Positions 61,472-64,000 of a stretch of 64,000 nt of DNA are shown piece after piece; position 1 is the stretch's first letter, and the number at the start of each line of letters is the position of its first letter. The stretch covers positions 96,001 to 160,000 of the forward strand of contig CAWDPO010000010.1 of assembly GCA_963804165.1 (NCBI GenBank), in the 5' to 3' direction. Below the pieces are notes generated by a model, which was not told where the DNA came from, did no database searches, and saw only the letters and a program-made list of their open reading frames with translations. The stretch is from an uncultured delta proteobacterium. GTDB lineage: Bacteria; Desulfobacterota; Binatia; UBA9968. The position numbers and the translations under genes are program-made.

Positions 61472-62664
61472 CCCCGCTTGGCTTTGCGCAAGCGCAGCCG
61501 CAACGCGTTCAAACGAATGAATCCTTCAGCGTCGCCTTGATGATAAACTTCGTCCGCTTCGAATGTCGCCACGTCGGGATCGTAGAGCGAAGAGTCCGAT
61601 TTTCGCCCGACGACCGAGACGTTGCCTTTATAAAGTTTCAGGCGCACCCGGCCACTGACGTTGGCCTGCGAAGCGTCGATTGCCTTTTGCAAAACCTCGC
61701 GCTCCGGCGCGAACCAATAGCCGTAATAAATCATCTCCGCATAGCGCGGTATCATCGAATCCCTGATGCGCAGCACTTCACGATCCATAGTAATGGACTC
61801 GATGCCGCGGTGCGCAGCGTGCAAGATGGTCCCGCCGGGCGTTTCGTATACGCCGCGCGACTTCATGCCGACGTAGCGGTTCTCGACGATATCGACCCGG
61901 CCGATGCCATGCTTGGCACCGATGTCGTTGAGGCGCGCGAGCAGATTGGCGGGCGACAACTTGCGCCCGTTCAGCGCGACGGGATCGCCGCGCTGGTAAT
62001 CGATCTCCAAATATTCGGCGCGGTTCGGCGCCTTCTCCAGAGGCCGGCACCAGACAAACATATCGGCCGGCGGCTCTTTCCATGGATCCTCGAGGATCCC
62101 GCCTTCGTAACTGATATGAAATAAGTTCCGATCCGTGCTGTAGGGCTTTGACTTGGTCACCGGCACGGGAATCCCATGCTTGCGCGCGTAGTCGATCAAC
62201 GTCGAGCGCGCATTGAGATCCCACAGGCGCCACGGTGCGATGACTTTGATTCCCGGCTTCAGCGCATAATAGGTCAGCTCGAAGCGCACCTGATCATTGC
62301 CCTTCCCCGTAGCGCCGTGTGAAACGGCGTCGGCTTTTTCCTTTACGGCGACGTCGATCTGTCCTTTTGCAATCAGCGGCCGGGCGATCGAGGTTCCGAG
62401 CAGGTACGAACCCTCGTAAACCGCGTTGGCGCGGAGCATCGGAAAGACGTAATCCTTGACGAATATCTCGCGCAGATCGCCGATCACGACTTTGCGGGCG
62501 CCGGTCGCAATCGCCTTGCGCTTGACCGCCTGAAGATCATCACCTTGGCCCAAATCGGCGCAGAACGCGATCACTTCGCAGCCGTATTCCTCCTTGAGCC
62601 AGCGCAAAATCACCGAGGTATCCAGTCCGCCCGAGTATGCCAGGACAACCTTTTTAACGCTCAT
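61468..62664 (-). CDS. argG: Argininosuccinate synthase
   Basis: [23 protein letters not shown]. Confidence 0.97.
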   Translation of the reverse strand: MSVKKVVLAYSGGLDTSVILRWLKEEYGCEVIAFCADLGQGDDLQAVKRKAIATGARKVVIGDLREIFVKDYVFPMLRANAVYEGSYLLGTSIARPLIAKGQIDVAVKEKADAVSHGATGKGNDQVRFELTYYALKPGIKVIAPWRLWDLNARSTLIDYARKHGIPVPVTKSKPYSTDRNLFHISYEGGILEDPWKEPPADMFVWCRPLEKAPNRAEYLEIDYQRGDPVALNGRKLSPANLLARLNDIGAKHGIGRVDIVENRYVGMKSRGVYETPGGTILHAAHRGIESITMDREVLRIRDSMIPRYAEMIYYGYWFAPEREVLQKAIDASQANVSGRVRLKLYKGNVSVVGRKSDSSLYDPDVATFEADEVYHQGDAEGFIRLNALRLRLRKAKRG

Positions 62665-62673
62665 CGTTGCTGC

Positions 62674-63663
62674 TTACTTTCCTCTAACCTTGCTCGTAGG
62701 TAATTGCCGTTTGCCGGAAGACTTTGAACCTTGAACTTTTGAACCGTTGAACCCATGCAGCAACCACACCATCACGGCTTTTTGGACGTGCAAACGATTT
62801 TCCGCCTGATCGAAAGCAATGCACTGCGGGCTTTCCAAAACTTCATGCGTGATCTCTTCGCCTCGGTGCGCCGGCAGGCAGTGCATCACCACCGCATCCT
62901 TCTTGGCCATCGCCACGATCCGGCCATTCACCTGGTAGGCGCGGAACGCATTCAAGCGCGCCTGCGTTTCTTTTTCCTGCCCCATGCTGGTCCACACGTC
63001 GGTGTAAATCGCGTCGGCGCCCGACACCGCTTCTTCGACCGAGTGGGTTACCGTGATCTTTGCGCCGGCGTTTACGGCCTTTTTCAAAATGGCTCCATTG
63101 GGCTCGTAACCTTTCGGGCAGGCCAACGCGAACGAGAACGGCACGATCGCTGCCGCCTCGAGCCACGAGTGAACCATATTGTTGCCGTCGCCCACGAACG
63201 CAATCTTTAATCCGGCAAGCTCTCCCTTGTGTTCGATCAACGTTTGACAGTCGGCCAGCACTTGGCACGGATGAAAGTCATCGGTAAGTGAATTGATCAC
63301 CGGCACCGATGAATTCTCCGCCATCTCCTCGATGATTTTGTGCGCGAAGGTCCGCACCGTGATCAGGTCGAACCAACGGTCTAGGTTCCGCGCGCAGTCG
63401 GCGGGCGTTTCCCGCGTGCCTAATCCGACTTCAGCGGGCCCAAGATAAACGGCTTCTCCGCCCAGCTGAGTCATGCCCACCGCGAATGTCGCTCGAGTGC
63501 GTAAACTCGGTTTCTCAAAGACCAGCGCCAACCCTTTTCCGGCCAAGAGTCGGTGCGCCACGCCTTGCTTCTGCTTGCGCTTGAGCTCGTTCGCAAGAGT
63601 TAAGATACCGTCAAATTCGCGCCGGCTGAGGCCGTGAAAACTTATTAGATCACGCTTGCTCAT
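62674..63663 (-). CDS. argF: Ornithine carbamoyltransferase
   Basis: SLRTR, HPCQ, DGNN, WTSMG, HCLP. Confidence 0.96.
   Translation of the reverse strand: MSKRDLISFHGLSRREFDGILTLANELKRKQKQGVAHRLLAGKGLALVFEKPSLRTRATFAVGMTQLGGEAVYLGPAEVGLGTRETPADCARNLDRWFDLITVRTFAHKIIEEMAENSSVPVINSLTDDFHPCQVLADCQTLIEHKGELAGLKIAFVGDGNNMVHSWLEAAAIVPFSFALACPKGYEPNGAILKKAVNAGAKITVTHSVEEAVSGADAIYTDVWTSMGQEKETQARLNAFRAYQVNGRIVAMAKKDAVVMHCLPAHRGEEITHEVLESPQCIAFDQAENRLHVQKAVMVWLLHGFNGSKVQGSKSSGKRQLPTSKVRGK
62724..62752. repeat. TTGAAC tandem units (four copies) inside the argF 3' end
   Basis: 21 bp TTGAACCTTGAACTTTTGAAC identical to 58342-58362. Confidence 0.8.
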
Positions 63664-63686
63664 GATTTAAAAAGAGTGGAGCCGGA

Positions 63687-64000
63687 CTACTGGCGGGCAA
63701 GAACAGTTTCGAGGATCGCCAGGCCACGGTCGATTTCTTTCTTCGTGATCGTCAGCGGCGGAGCGAAACGCAAAACCCGAGACGCCGTGCAATTGAGCAA
63801 CAGCCCCTCCTGCATGCAGGCCTCGGCGATCTTGCTGCCGTCAATGTTCAGCTCGACGCCAAGCAGCAGCCCTTTGCCGCGGATCTCGCGCATAAAGGAA
63901 AACCGCTTTTTCAGTCCTTCAAGACCCTTGACGAAATACTTGCCCATCTGCACGCAATTCTTAAGCACGCCGCCCTTAATCAACGCGGCCATCACCGCCA
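63687..64000 (-). CDS. argD: Acetylornithine aminotransferase, 3' part (truncated by window edge)
   Basis: EIRGKGLLLG, VLRFAPPL class III aminotransferase tail, directly upstream of argF. Confidence 0.85.
   Translation of the reverse strand, partial: AVMAALIKGGVLKNCVQMGKYFVKGLEGLKKRFSFMREIRGKGLLLGVELNIDGSKIAEACMQEGLLLNCTASRVLRFAPPLTITKKEIDRGLAILETVLARQ

Overview
GC-rich bacterial chromosomal segment. Gene content and protein style suggest a deltaproteobacteria-like lineage such as Candidatus Binatia (inference only). Left part (1-14 kb): two MFS transporters, a TPR lipoprotein, a membrane-anchored TIR-Ig-TPR protein, FAD and molybdopterin oxidoreductases, an MCE/Mla-type ABC system and a VOC protein. 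Many of these genes are broken by single-base indels that look like long-read consensus errors. 14.2-26.8 kb: a three-gene hybrid NRPS-PKS cluster (atypical starter A-T; KS-AT-ACP; C-A[Asp, FkbM-type MT inserted]-T-C-A[Gly]-T) with no thioesterase. 27-36.7 kb: DNA repair and metabolic genes. 36.7-45 kb: a metal-uptake operon (beta-barrel, ABC transporter, ZIP, M16 protease) headed by a small His/Cys membrane peptide ending in an RGPP arrest-like motif whose last codons are complementary to the downstream Shine-Dalgarno. 45.3-50.5 kb: a divergent ECF sigma / ZAS anti-sigma / DUF3106 / DUF1800 / DUF1501 operon. 50.5-64 kb: ABC exporter pair, glyQS and the arg/lys/dap biosynthetic operon. A dispersed TTGAAC-based repeat family recurs at gene junctions. 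I recognised no rRNA, tRNA, CRISPR array, transposase or integrase. All family calls come from motif recognition by eye, not from database searches.
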